From Clostridium celatum DSM 1785 (lineage in GTDB: Bacteria; Bacillota; Clostridia; Clostridiales; Clostridiaceae): 64,000 bases of DNA. Positions within the stretch are counted from its first letter, which is position 1. The number at the start of each line of letters is the position of its first letter. Positions 38,821 through 48,462 of the stretch are shown here, in pieces. The DNA lies in assembly GCF_000320405.1 (NCBI RefSeq), contig NZ_KB291616.1, forward strand, positions 16,833-80,832, written 5' to 3'. Made by a program: the position numbers and the translations under genes. The notes beneath the pieces are model-generated. The model searched no databases, was not told the DNA's origin, and saw only the letters and a list, made by a program, of their open reading frames with translations.

Positions 38821-41403
38821 ATGATATTAAATGCTAAGCAAAAGGAAGTCGTTAATGAGCTTGATAAGAATATTCTTTTATTAGCTTCTGCAGGAACAGG
38901 TAAAACTGATGTATTATCAAAAAGGATAGCTAATATTATTAATCAAGGAAAAGCTAAATCTTCAGAAATACTTTGTATAACCTTTACTAATAAGGCCTGT
39001 AGAGAAATGCAAGATAGAATTGAAACCGTAGTAGGGGCTAATGCTAAGGATATTAGTATTAAAACCTTTCATAGCTTTTGCTTTGATGTAATTAAAGAAC
39101 AAGCAAAAAAAAGAACTGATATATTTACAGACTTTTTAATTTTTGATGAAGAAGATTGTAAGGAGCTTATAGCTACTTGTAATTATTTTGATTACCCAGT
39201 AAAGGGATTAAAGTCATTTATAGATATGGTTAAAAGCGAAAGAGCAAGACTTAATATTTATACTGATGATTATAATGAAGATATAAAAAAAGTTATAGAT
39301 GATATTTTCCACCACAAAGAAGAAGCTATAGATCAAATGTGTAAGGAAAATAGAATTATTAACTTTGATATGAAAGATTATCTTAAAGATAGAGGACATG
39401 AATTAATAAAAACATATAATGCATTACTTCACAATAATCATGGCTTAGATTTTAATGATTTAATAGAAAATGCTCAAGTTATTTTTAGTGATGAAGCTGT
39501 AGTAAAGTCACTTTCTGAAAAATATAAGTATATAAATATAGATGAGGTTCAAGATACTAGTACACTTGAATATTCAATAATAGAAAAAATCTTTAATAAA
39601 AATAATATATTATTATGTGGAGATATGTTCCAAACTATATATGAATGGAGAGGTTCTAATCCAGATACTATATTTAATCTGTATACCTCTAAGTATTCAC
39701 CTAATAAAATAGTATTTAACAAAAATTATAGAGCTACAAAAAATTTAACTAATGCATCTTTAGCTTTTTTAAACAATGCATTTAAAGAAAAAGCTAGCAC
39801 AATATATGAAGAAGGTATAATTTCAGAGTCACCTATAGATGGAGATAAAATAGCTTTTGCTGTAAGAGACGGGATTTTTCCAGAGAGTAAGTTTATTGTT
39901 GATGAAATAAATAAGTTAATTCAAGGTGGAAATGATATTTCTAAGACATGTATATTAACTAGAGACAATAGTTATAATATTGCATTAAGTAAAGCATTAA
40001 GTAATTTAGGCAATTCTACCTATCAATTTATATTGGTAGATCAATATAAATTTTTTAGAAGACAAGAAATTAAAGATATTATAGCTTTTCTTAAATTAAT
40101 AGCTAATAGAAATGATTCTTTAAGTCTTAGTAGAATTATAGAGAGATTACCAACTGGTATAGGTGAAGTTACATTAAGTGATATAGCATCTAATAAATAT
40201 AAAGAAATAGGAATTAGATTATCTGATTATATTGATCCAAATGTTATAAAGTATGGTGAAAGATATGCATTACTTATAAATGAACTTGAAAATAATAATG
40301 TTGTTATATTTGATGTTGAAAGCACAGGAGTAGATGTAACTGAAGATGAAATAATCCAAATAGCAGCTATAAAGATTGATAATAAAGGAAAAGTTATAGA
40401 AAAGTTTGAAAGATTTTTAAAAAATAATAAATCTGTTAAGTCTTCTGAATTTGTTCATGGATTTTCAGACGAATTTTTAAGAATTAATGGAGAGGATAAA
40501 ATCTCTGTTTTTAATGACTTTTTAGAATTTAGTAAAGATACTATAATAGTAGGTCATAATGTTCAGTATGATATAAGCATTTTAACAAGTGAACTTGAAA
40601 GACTTAAAATGGCTAAACCTATGTTTAAAGGTGTATTTGATACATTAGATATATATAGACGATTTTATCCTAATGCTATAAATCATAAGCTTGAAACTTT
40701 AAGTAGAATATTTGACACAAGTCATAAGCCATCACATAATGCAATGGATGATATACTTGCAACAGGAGAGTTATTAGTTTATGCAGTTAATAAATATTTA
40801 AAACCAACTTCAATGGAAAGAATGGCTTTTATGAGTAAATATTTAAAGAGCTTTAATGATATAACTAATAAGCTAAATTCTTTATTTGAATCATCAGAAA
40901 ATATGAGGGCTTATGAAATTATACCTTATATTATAAATGATTTAGGAGTTAAAAACTTATATAAAGGTGAAGGCGGAGTAGAAAAGCTAGAAAGATTAAG
41001 AGATTTCTATTCATTACTAAAAGATTTAGATATTCCTGAAAAGAGCAATAGAAATTCTTTATTAGATGTGATAAAAATGACAGGACTATCTAATGGCGAA
41101 TTAGAAGAATTAATAATTAAACGAAGTAAAAAACCTAGAATCCCTATAATTACAGTTCATCAATCAAAAGGATTAGAATTTGAAAATGTATTTTTAGCAG
41201 GAATGCAGGAGGAAACATTCCCTTCATATGGAGCTGTTAAAAGTGGAAGAATGGACGAAGATAAAAGGACTTTTTATGTTGCTATGACAAGAGCAAAGAA
41301 GAGGCTCTATATAACATCAAATACTAAAGGTTTATATGGGTATAGAAAAGATGTTAGTAGATTTGTAAAACTTATACCAAGTAAGTATATTGAAATTAAA
41401 TAA
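38821..41403 (+). CDS. UvrD/PcrA-family SF1 DNA helicase with a DEDDh (DnaQ-like) 3-prime to 5-prime exonuclease domain inserted between helicase motifs IV and V
   Basis: Motif I ASAGTGKT, motif II DEVQD, motif III GDMFQTIYEWRGS, motif V/VI TVHQSKGLEF and YVAMTRAKKRLYI. Exonuclease motifs: Exo I VIFDVESTGV, Exo II GHNVQYDISIL, Exo III HNAMDDILATGEL. Confidence 0.8.
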   Translation: MILNAKQKEVVNELDKNILLLASAGTGKTDVLSKRIANIINQGKAKSSEILCITFTNKACREMQDRIETVVGANAKDISIKTFHSFCFDVIKEQAKKRTDIFTDFLIFDEEDCKELIATCNYFDYPVKGLKSFIDMVKSERARLNIYTDDYNEDIKKVIDDIFHHKEEAIDQMCKENRIINFDMKDYLKDRGHELIKTYNALLHNNHGLDFNDLIENAQVIFSDEAVVKSLSEKYKYINIDEVQDTSTLEYSIIEKIFNKNNILLCGDMFQTIYEWRGSNPDTIFNLYTSKYSPNKIVFNKNYRATKNLTNASLAFLNNAFKEKASTIYEEGIISESPIDGDKIAFAVRDGIFPESKFIVDEINKLIQGGNDISKTCILTRDNSYNIALSKALSNLGNSTYQFILVDQYKFFRRQEIKDIIAFLKLIANRNDSLSLSRIIERLPTGIGEVTLSDIASNKYKEIGIRLSDYIDPNVIKYGERYALLINELENNNVVIFDVESTGVDVTEDEIIQIAAIKIDNKGKVIEKFERFLKNNKSVKSSEFVHGFSDEFLRINGEDKISVFNDFLEFSKDTIIVGHNVQYDISILTSELERLKMAKPMFKGVFDTLDIYRRFYPNAINHKLETLSRIFDTSHKPSHNAMDDILATGELLVYAVNKYLKPTSMERMAFMSKYLKSFNDITNKLNSLFESSENMRAYEIIPYIINDLGVKNLYKGEGGVEKLERLRDFYSLLKDLDIPEKSNRNSLLDVIKMTGLSNGELEELIIKRSKKPRIPIITVHQSKGLEFENVFLAGMQEETFPSYGAVKSGRMDEDKRTFYVAMTRAKKRLYITSNTKGLYGYRKDVSRFVKLIPSKYIEIK

Positions 41404-41478
41404 TTTTTATTTAAAATATTTATTGATAAAATACCAATATAGGGTTATACTGTAAAAGTAAAATTTATATACTCAGAA

Positions 41479-41513
41479 TAATTCTGAGAGAGGTTCGTAA
41501 CCATCCCTCTATA
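41479..41513 (+). promoter_or_regulatory. preQ1-I riboswitch aptamer
   Basis: AGAGGTTCGTAACCATCCCTCTATAAAAAACTAGG matches the preQ1-I consensus (AGAGGUUCUAGCUACACCCUCUAUAAAAAACUAA) in the P1 stem and the A-rich tail. Confidence 0.75.
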
Positions 41514-41613
41514 AAAAACTAGGACCCTAATAACTTTTTAATATTTTAAAAGTTTATTAGATTAATTTTATTGCATAATTACAATGAAATATAAACTAGA
41601 TTTTAATATATGA

Positions 41614-41649
41614 GGGAGCCATGTCATTTGATAAGGCTCCCTTTATTTT
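41614..41649 (+). terminator. Terminator hairpin downstream of the preQ1 aptamer (GGGAGCC...GGCTCCC plus TTTATTTT). A second, weaker hairpin sits at 41655-41687.
   Basis: Seen in the sequence. Possibly part of the riboswitch expression platform. Confidence 0.5.
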
Positions 41650-41780
41650 GTGATGGAATGAACTTTTAAGTTTATTCCATTTTTTTATTTTCTGAATGTA
41701 AATTTTATCTTCGTTATACTGTGTTAGATAGTAATATTCAGTCTAATACATACACCTATTAATTAAAGGAGAGAGTAAAA

Positions 41781-42764
41781 ATGAAAAAGAAAGTAATAAT
41801 TGATTGTGATCCTGGAATTGATGATTCATTAGCTTTAATTTTAGCATTAAATTCACCAGAAATAGAAGTTATAGGTATTACTACAGTTTCAGGAAATGTT
41901 AAATCAGATCAAGGTGCAAAAAATGCACTAAAGGTCTTAAAGCTTATGAACAGAGAAGCTATTCCAGTATACATAGGTGAGGAATTCCCACTAATAAGAG
42001 AACTTATTACAGCACAAGATACTCATGGTGAAGATGGTCTTGGTGAAACTAATTATGCTGAAGCCAATGTTAAAATACATTATGGTGGTGTGGACTTTAT
42101 TTTAGAAAATGCTAAAAAAGGTGATTTAAGCATAATTGCTTTAGGTCCATTAACGAACTTAGCAAAAGCTATAGAGAAAGATGAACTTAGTTTTAATATG
42201 ATAAATGAAATAGTTTCTATGGGTGGGGCTTTTAAATCACATGGTAACTGTTCACAAGTTGCTGAATTTAATTATTGGGTTGATCCTCATGGGGTAAAAG
42301 AAATATTTTATAAAAGCAAAGTACCTTTTTCAATGGTTTGCTTAGATGTAACTAGAGAAATAGTACTAACACCTAATCTTATAGAACTTATAAAACAAAT
42401 AGGTGGGGATGTAGCTAATTTTATTGTAGATGTAACTAGATTTTATGTTGATTTCCATTGGAAACAAGAAAAAACTTTAGGATGTGTAATAAATGATCCA
42501 TTAGCTGTAGCTTATTTCATAGATAGGAGCATTTGTGAAGGCTTTACTTCTTACTTAGATATAGTTACAGATGGTATTGCTATAGGCCAAACTTTAGTTG
42601 ATATAGGTGAATTTTATAAAAAAGAGCATAATGGGCTTGTATTAACAAAAGTAAATTCAGATAAATTTATGAAAATGTTCTTAGAAAGAATATTTCCAGA
42701 TAATAAAGAGGATATTGAAATAGTACTTAACAATCCTAGGTACGGAGTAAATAACTTTCGATAA
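41781..42764 (+). CDS. Inosine-uridine-preferring nucleoside hydrolase family protein. Candidate queuosine hydrolase given the riboswitch context.
   Basis: N-terminal DCDPGIDD aspartate cluster of the IU-NH family. 327 aa. RBS AAAGGAGAGAG. Confidence 0.85.
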   Translation: MKKKVIIDCDPGIDDSLALILALNSPEIEVIGITTVSGNVKSDQGAKNALKVLKLMNREAIPVYIGEEFPLIRELITAQDTHGEDGLGETNYAEANVKIHYGGVDFILENAKKGDLSIIALGPLTNLAKAIEKDELSFNMINEIVSMGGAFKSHGNCSQVAEFNYWVDPHGVKEIFYKSKVPFSMVCLDVTREIVLTPNLIELIKQIGGDVANFIVDVTRFYVDFHWKQEKTLGCVINDPLAVAYFIDRSICEGFTSYLDIVTDGIAIGQTLVDIGEFYKKEHNGLVLTKVNSDKFMKMFLERIFPDNKEDIEIVLNNPRYGVNNFR

Positions 42765-42810
42765 ATCTTATATATTAATAATCAATTGTAAATAATTAGG
42801 GGGATTTTAT

Positions 42811-43371
42811 ATGAATAGAAATAATACTTTTAAAATTACATTTATGTCAATAGCCGTAGTAATAAATATTGTTGGAGCTTTTGTTGCAACATCATTAAAA
42901 TTACCAATATTTATTGATACCATAGGAACTTTTTTATCAGCATTTTTATTTGGTCCTATAGGGGGTGTATTAACTGGGCTTGTAACATCATTAATTAATG
43001 GGCTTACTTTTGACCCGTATTCACTATATTTTATGCCAGTTCAAATAATAATTGGTTTTATGGCAGGTCTTTGTTTTAGAAAAAATTTATTTAAAGGTAA
43101 AGCAATAGTTTTAGGAATTGTAATTGTAACTGTAATAGGATCATTTGTAGCATCTTTAATTTCTGCTTTTGTTTTTGGAGGAATAACATCTTCAGGTACT
43201 TCTTTTATAATAATGTATTTAAAAGAAGCAGGAATAAATATAGTAGCAAGTATATTTTCTACACAAATTTTATTTGATTTACTAGATAAATCTATTACAG
43301 TTTGCCTTGTATTAACATTAATAAAAGCTTTTCCATCTAAAATTATAGGAGCTGTAAAGAATGTAGAATAA
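42811..43371 (+). CDS. Small polytopic membrane protein, ECF-transporter S-component-like (QueT-like candidate)
   Basis: 186 aa, 5-6 TM. Co-transcribed downstream of the preQ1-riboswitch-controlled hydrolase. Confidence 0.55.
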   Translation: MNRNNTFKITFMSIAVVINIVGAFVATSLKLPIFIDTIGTFLSAFLFGPIGGVLTGLVTSLINGLTFDPYSLYFMPVQIIIGFMAGLCFRKNLFKGKAIVLGIVIVTVIGSFVASLISAFVFGGITSSGTSFIIMYLKEAGINIVASIFSTQILFDLLDKSITVCLVLTLIKAFPSKIIGAVKNVE

Positions 43372-43469
43372 GCTTTAATAAAAATAACCAGTAGAAGCTT
43401 AATATGCTTATTTTATAGCAAATAGTTAAATGTAGCTATAAATTTAGAAGTTTAGCTTACTGGTTATTT

Positions 43470-44306
43470 TTATATTATAAATTCATCAAGAACTTTTCCT
43501 TTAAGGTTAATTGAGGATATTTTAATAAATGTAGAATTTAAATCTACAACAACAAAATGATATACAGCAATAGGAGGTATAATGACGCCACTTTTACTAC
43601 TATATTTATTTTTAAGCTTTTCACCACCCCCGCCTGAAATAATTTGATAAATACTATTTTTATTATTTATAATACGTCTTGAATAATTATGCTCATGTGA
43701 GGAAAAGACTACTTTTATATTGTATTCATCAACTATTGACCAAAACTCATCTCTGTATTTAGGATATAAATCTAAACAATGTCCAAGATGAGCTCCAGTA
43801 GGAAAAGCTGGCGAATGAACAAAAACTAACTTTCTTTTATTGTTTTCTGCACAAGATTCTTTAAACCATTTTAGTTGATTATTAGTAATTCTATGAATTT
43901 CACCGTAATGAAAGGAATTAAGAACTATTAGTCTGCATTCGGGAAAGTCCATATAATAGACAGTTTTATTATATCCTTCTAAATAATTAGTGACTTTAAG
44001 ATCAGCATAGCATTTGCTAAATAACTGTTCTAAAGTTTCATCAGATGGGTTAATATTAACTTCATGATTGCCTACTATTGGAATTAGGGGCTTATTGGGA
44101 TAATAACTAGCAACTATGTTTCTAAAGTCATTAATTTGAGTTAATAGAATATTGGGGTTATCACCTCCCGCTATGGAATCTCCTAAAACAATAACAAAAT
44201 CGGGCTTAGGATTAAGTCTACTGCTTTCGTTTAAAATGGAATTTAATATTTTTTTGTTTATACCATTTTCTTTACCTTTTGAATCTCCAAAAACAATAAA
44301 TCTCAT
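43470..44306 (-). CDS. Calcineurin-like metallophosphoesterase
   Basis: GDSKG...VLGDSIAGG...GNHE...VHSP...SSHEH metal-binding motifs. Confidence 0.8.
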   Translation of the reverse strand: MRFIVFGDSKGKENGINKKILNSILNESSRLNPKPDFVIVLGDSIAGGDNPNILLTQINDFRNIVASYYPNKPLIPIVGNHEVNINPSDETLEQLFSKCYADLKVTNYLEGYNKTVYYMDFPECRLIVLNSFHYGEIHRITNNQLKWFKESCAENNKRKLVFVHSPAFPTGAHLGHCLDLYPKYRDEFWSIVDEYNIKVVFSSHEHNYSRRIINNKNSIYQIISGGGGEKLKNKYSSKSGVIIPPIAVYHFVVVDLNSTFIKISSINLKGKVLDEFII

Positions 44307-44848
44307 TATTTCTCCTTATTTAAAGTATTAATCCACTTGTTAAAAATATCAGGTCGTACAATTTTAACAAAACTTAAAAATTGATTTTTATAACCAAAAG
44401 AATTTAACCCATTAATGATTAAGGATGGATATACGACAGTCTTTTTCATAGCTCTAGCTGTATCTATAAGTCTTAATTCTTCATCATCAGTTATAAAAAT
44501 GTGAAATAATGCAGTATCTAATCTTGAAAAACCTACTTTTGACATAGCTTCATATAACTCTAATATTTTATTAGCAAGTGCTGGTGTAAGTGAATTATTT
44601 AATAAATATTTATCAAATTCAATGCCTGTTATTAATTCTCTTATAATATAATTTTCACCGTAGCTATAAAGCTTAGGAAAGTGGTTGTTATTTTGTGACA
44701 TAAGTAATGTATCTATTTCATTTTCACAATAAGTTCTTTTTTTAAAAACTTTAATACACTTTTTTTCATCAATTTTATAAACTTTTCCTTGTGTACCTGT
44801 TCCTAATAATTGTAATTCATTTATATTTATACCTTCATATAATTTCAT
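44306..44848 (-). CDS. Small protein-kinase-like fold protein (Gly-rich loop GTGTQGKVYK plus Lys). Its stop overlaps the metallophosphoesterase start by 1 nt.
   Basis: GxGxxG-VYK-x(7)-K arrangement, a hinge-like ELITG, and a degenerate DFG-like LIDTARA. 180 aa. Confidence 0.5.
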   Translation of the reverse strand: MKLYEGININELQLLGTGTQGKVYKIDEKKCIKVFKKRTYCENEIDTLLMSQNNNHFPKLYSYGENYIIRELITGIEFDKYLLNNSLTPALANKILELYEAMSKVGFSRLDTALFHIFITDDEELRLIDTARAMKKTVVYPSLIINGLNSFGYKNQFLSFVKIVRPDIFNKWINTLNKEK

Positions 44849-45052
44849 TTATCACCATAAAAAATTAATAATAATACTATATGTTTTTAGATATTACGAA
44901 GTACCATTTTATTAATAAATATGAATTAAAAAGCCTTTCTATTTTTTATAGTAAAATTTGATGTATTTGGATATTTATATTACTATTATTAGTAAAGGAG
45001 GGGTAATATAGACATCAAAAAGCTAATAACTACTTTACTATTTTTATTTATA

Positions 45053-46693
45053 TTGATTATTCCACAAAATCTCTTTTCAACAAGTAGGGAATATTACATC
45101 GATAATTTAGATATTGAAGCCAAAATACTTCAAAATGGGGATGTAGAAGTTAATGAAATATTACAGTACAGGTTTTCAGGACAGTTTAATGGTATATTTA
45201 GAAATTTGATTTCTTATGGTTCAGATGGATATATAATAAATGACGTTTCTATTATTGATGAATCTGGCAATACAATAAAAGCTACTGAAGGCTATAATGA
45301 AGAAAATAACACATATGAAATTAACGATTTAGGTGGAGAGACACAAATTAAACTTTTTACTAAAAGTAGTGATGAAACAAAAAGTATTAATATTAAATAT
45401 ACCATAAAAGAAGCTGCTAAAAAATATGAAAATTTTTCAGAGTTTTATTGGAACTTTTATACTGTTGAAAATATAGATTCAGTAAAAAGTGGCACTTTGA
45501 AAATTTCATTAAAAAACGATAACTTTAATAAAGATAGCTTTTACTATGAACTTTTTGGTGATGGTAAAATTGATTCGAATTATACAGAAGATCTAGTAGA
45601 AGTTAATTTTAAAGATTTAACTTCATTAATAGGTATTAAGTTACAATTTCAAAAGGATTATTTAAACATGGTTGATGAAATACCTATAGATATAGATGAA
45701 AATAATAATGGGGATTATAGCTCTTATGAAAAGTGTGATATATCTGAGAATAATAATTCTAGTATATTTATAATATTAGGTATCTTAATTTGTGGGGGAG
45801 TTGGTGCTTGGTTTATTAATAAATCAAAGTTTGAAAATGAATTAGCAAAATATAGAGAAGAGTATATATTTACAAATAATGAATTTTTAATAGATCCACC
45901 ATCAGACTTACCTCCTGCTTTAGTTAATTTACTTATAAACGAAAAGTATGTAAATGAAAGCATGTTAAATCCAACATTATTTTATTTAGCTAATAAGGGA
46001 TATTACAAGTTAGAGGAGAAAACTATTATACTAGATAAAAAAGGCAAAAAAACTAATAAAGAAGATTTAGTATTTACTAGAGTTAATTTGAATACTAATT
46101 TAGAATTTGAACACTTAGACTATGTACTGAAATGGTTTGAAAAATACGAGTCAGAAGGAAGTTTTACCTTACAAGAAATAAAAAAAGTAGTTAAATCTGA
46201 AAATAAAGCTAAAGAATTTGTTGAAAAATTATCAAAATGGCAAAAAATCGTTATACAAGATGCTGAGAATAGAGGTTTTTATACTGAAATTAGAAATAAA
46301 AAAGTGTTAGAAAATAGCTGGTATAATGAAAAGCTTAAATGGCTTAATTATAAAGAATATCTAAAGAAAATAGGTAACACCCATATAGTAAAAATAGATG
46401 ATAGAATAGGGGATAATTTAATTTATGCTTATGCTTTAGAAATTACTAATAAAGAATTTAAAAATTTAATTGATGCTATAAAAATAGATACTAAAATGAA
46501 TAATTATGATTTATATTCAAATAATCATTGGTTATATGATAATTATTTCTATTATACAACATTATTTAACGATATTAATGGAACCGCTCATAATGCAGCA
46601 AATCCACCTAATAATTCATCAAGTGATTTTGGTGGAATATCAAGTGGTGGAGGCTTTACGGGTGGAGGTGGAGGAGACTCTGGAGCTTTTTAG
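45053..46693 (+). CDS. DUF2207 family membrane protein with a C-terminal Gly-rich tail. The true start is probably upstream, near 45008, at a non-canonical codon.
   Basis: C-terminal SGGGFTGGGGGDSGAF and a central TM are typical of DUF2207. The in-frame upstream sequence IDIKKLITTLLFLFILIIPQNLFS is signal-peptide-like but has no ATG, GTG or TTG. AAAGGAGGGG lies at 44994-45003. Confidence 0.7.
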   Translation: MIIPQNLFSTSREYYIDNLDIEAKILQNGDVEVNEILQYRFSGQFNGIFRNLISYGSDGYIINDVSIIDESGNTIKATEGYNEENNTYEINDLGGETQIKLFTKSSDETKSINIKYTIKEAAKKYENFSEFYWNFYTVENIDSVKSGTLKISLKNDNFNKDSFYYELFGDGKIDSNYTEDLVEVNFKDLTSLIGIKLQFQKDYLNMVDEIPIDIDENNNGDYSSYEKCDISENNNSSIFIILGILICGGVGAWFINKSKFENELAKYREEYIFTNNEFLIDPPSDLPPALVNLLINEKYVNESMLNPTLFYLANKGYYKLEEKTIILDKKGKKTNKEDLVFTRVNLNTNLEFEHLDYVLKWFEKYESEGSFTLQEIKKVVKSENKAKEFVEKLSKWQKIVIQDAENRGFYTEIRNKKVLENSWYNEKLKWLNYKEYLKKIGNTHIVKIDDRIGDNLIYAYALEITNKEFKNLIDAIKIDTKMNNYDLYSNNHWLYDNYFYYTTLFNDINGTAHNAANPPNNSSSDFGGISSGGGFTGGGGGDSGAF

Positions 46694-46742
46694 AAAAATA
46701 TATAGAATTTTAAATTAATATATAAGGAAGAAGGATTAAATT

Positions 46743-47759
46743 ATGAATTATAACGAACTATTAGAAAATGCAAGGGTTTGTATTGGTGATTATTGTAAAG
46801 CATGTATAGAATGTAATGGAAAAGTCTGTAGAAATCAAATTCCTGGACCTGGAGCTAAAGGTGTTGGTGATACAGCAATTCGTAATTATGATAAGTGGAA
46901 AGAAATTCGTATAAATATGGATACATTAACTGAAAATAAAAAAGTTGATATGAGTGTAGATTTCTTTGGAAAAAAATTTAAATATCCTTTTTTTGCAGGA
47001 CCTGTAGGCGCTGTTAATTTACATTATGGTGATAAATATAATGATATGACATATAATAATATTTTAGTATCTACATGTGCAAAAGAAGGAATATTAGCAT
47101 TTACTGGAGACGGTACAAATCCTGAGGTAATGAAAGCTGCTACAAGTGCTATAAAAAGTGTAGATGGAATTGGTATTCCAACAGTAAAACCTTGGAATAT
47201 TGATACTATTAAAGAAAAAATACAGTTAGTAAAAGAAAGTAATGCTATTGCAGTAGCCATGGATGTTGATGCAGCTGGACTTCCTTTTTTAAAGAATATG
47301 AATCCACCTGCAGGCGCAAAGTCAGTGCAAGAATTAAAAGAAATTATTGAATTTTCAAATCTTCCATTTATAGTAAAAGGTATTATGACTGTAAGCGGTG
47401 CATTAAAAGCAAAAGAAGCCGGAGCAGCTGCAATTGTTGTATCTAATCATGGTGGAAGAGTACTAGATCAATGTCCTGCTACAGCAGAGGTATTAGCTGA
47501 TATTGTAGATGCAGTAAATGGATCTATGAAAGTATTTGTTGATGGTGGAATACGTTCTGGAGTAGATGTATTTAAAGCACTTGCAATTGGAGCTGATGGA
47601 GTACTTATTTGTAGAACTTTTGTAACTGCACTTTATGGTGGAGAAGAAGATGGAATAAAAGTATACATTGATAAATTAGCAAATGAATTAGAAGATACAA
47701 TGGCAATGTGTGGCGCTTATTCTATAGATGAAATTACTAGAGATATGATACGAATATAA
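46743..47759 (+). CDS. FMN-dependent alpha-hydroxy acid dehydrogenase/oxidase family protein (LldD/glycolate-oxidase-like TIM barrel) with an N-terminal Cys-rich extension
   Basis: VSNHGGRVLD signature of the HAOX family. N-terminal CIGDYCKACIECNGKVC (Cx4Cx2Cx2Cx4C). Confidence 0.65.
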   Translation: MNYNELLENARVCIGDYCKACIECNGKVCRNQIPGPGAKGVGDTAIRNYDKWKEIRINMDTLTENKKVDMSVDFFGKKFKYPFFAGPVGAVNLHYGDKYNDMTYNNILVSTCAKEGILAFTGDGTNPEVMKAATSAIKSVDGIGIPTVKPWNIDTIKEKIQLVKESNAIAVAMDVDAAGLPFLKNMNPPAGAKSVQELKEIIEFSNLPFIVKGIMTVSGALKAKEAGAAAIVVSNHGGRVLDQCPATAEVLADIVDAVNGSMKVFVDGGIRSGVDVFKALAIGADGVLICRTFVTALYGGEEDGIKVYIDKLANELEDTMAMCGAYSIDEITRDMIRI

Positions 47760-48203
47760 TTGTAAAAAAAGGTTTTAGCTAAAGATAAGTTAAATTAGTA
47801 TTTTAATTAATAATAAGTATATAAAAATTAGCAATAGATTTACTAAAGATTGATATACTGAAAAATATTCTTATGCAATAATTGACAGTGTAAGAATAAA
47901 GGATTACTATTAAATAGTAATAGTTATTTATTCACATTAATAAATGTTTTTGTAATTAAATTTCATTATTAAATTTAATAGGATATCTAATAGAAAAGAT
48001 TTAATAATAGTCTAATCTAAAAGAGAGTATATTAGTTTTTATAAATATATTTTTATATTATATATATTTAAATGTAATTCATTAATATAAAGTAATGATA
48101 TTATATATATACTAATTTTATAAAGTACTAGCTCTCATTTTAGATTATGAGTGCTAGTTTTTTATTTTAAAAAATTAAGTGAAAGATAAAGAGGTTGAGA
48201 TTT

Positions 48204-48452
48204 ATGAAGAGAATAGCTGTAATAAGTGCAATTTTAGAAAATCCTAAAAAAAATCAAGAAGAATTTAATGGAATTATTTCTGAATTTAGAGGAAGTATAC
48301 GTGGGAGAATGGGTATTCCATTTGAAGAAGGTATTTCAGTTATAAGTATTACTGTAACTGGTGAACTTGATGAAATTAATAAACTTACAGGAAAACTTGG
48401 GAATATTCCAGGAGTACTAGTTAAAACTGCAATTGCTAAAAAAGAACTATAA
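48204..48452 (+). CDS. TM1266-like putative iron-only hydrogenase system regulator (small ACT-like protein)
   Basis: About 83-aa protein directly upstream of hydE-hydG-hydF. Reads MKRIAVISAILENP...GIPGVLVKTA. ATG 48204 after AAGAGG. The ORF track begins at TTG 48195. Confidence 0.65.
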   Translation: MKRIAVISAILENPKKNQEEFNGIISEFRGSIRGRMGIPFEEGISVISITVTGELDEINKLTGKLGNIPGVLVKTAIAKKEL

Positions 48453-48462
48453 GGAGAAAAAT

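Noticed and set aside
43380-43472. Possible bidirectional terminator between the QueT-like gene and the metallophosphoesterase (ACCAGTAGAAGCT ... AGCTTACTGGT)
   Set aside because: Imperfect stem with a loop of about 45 nt. Too weak to call.
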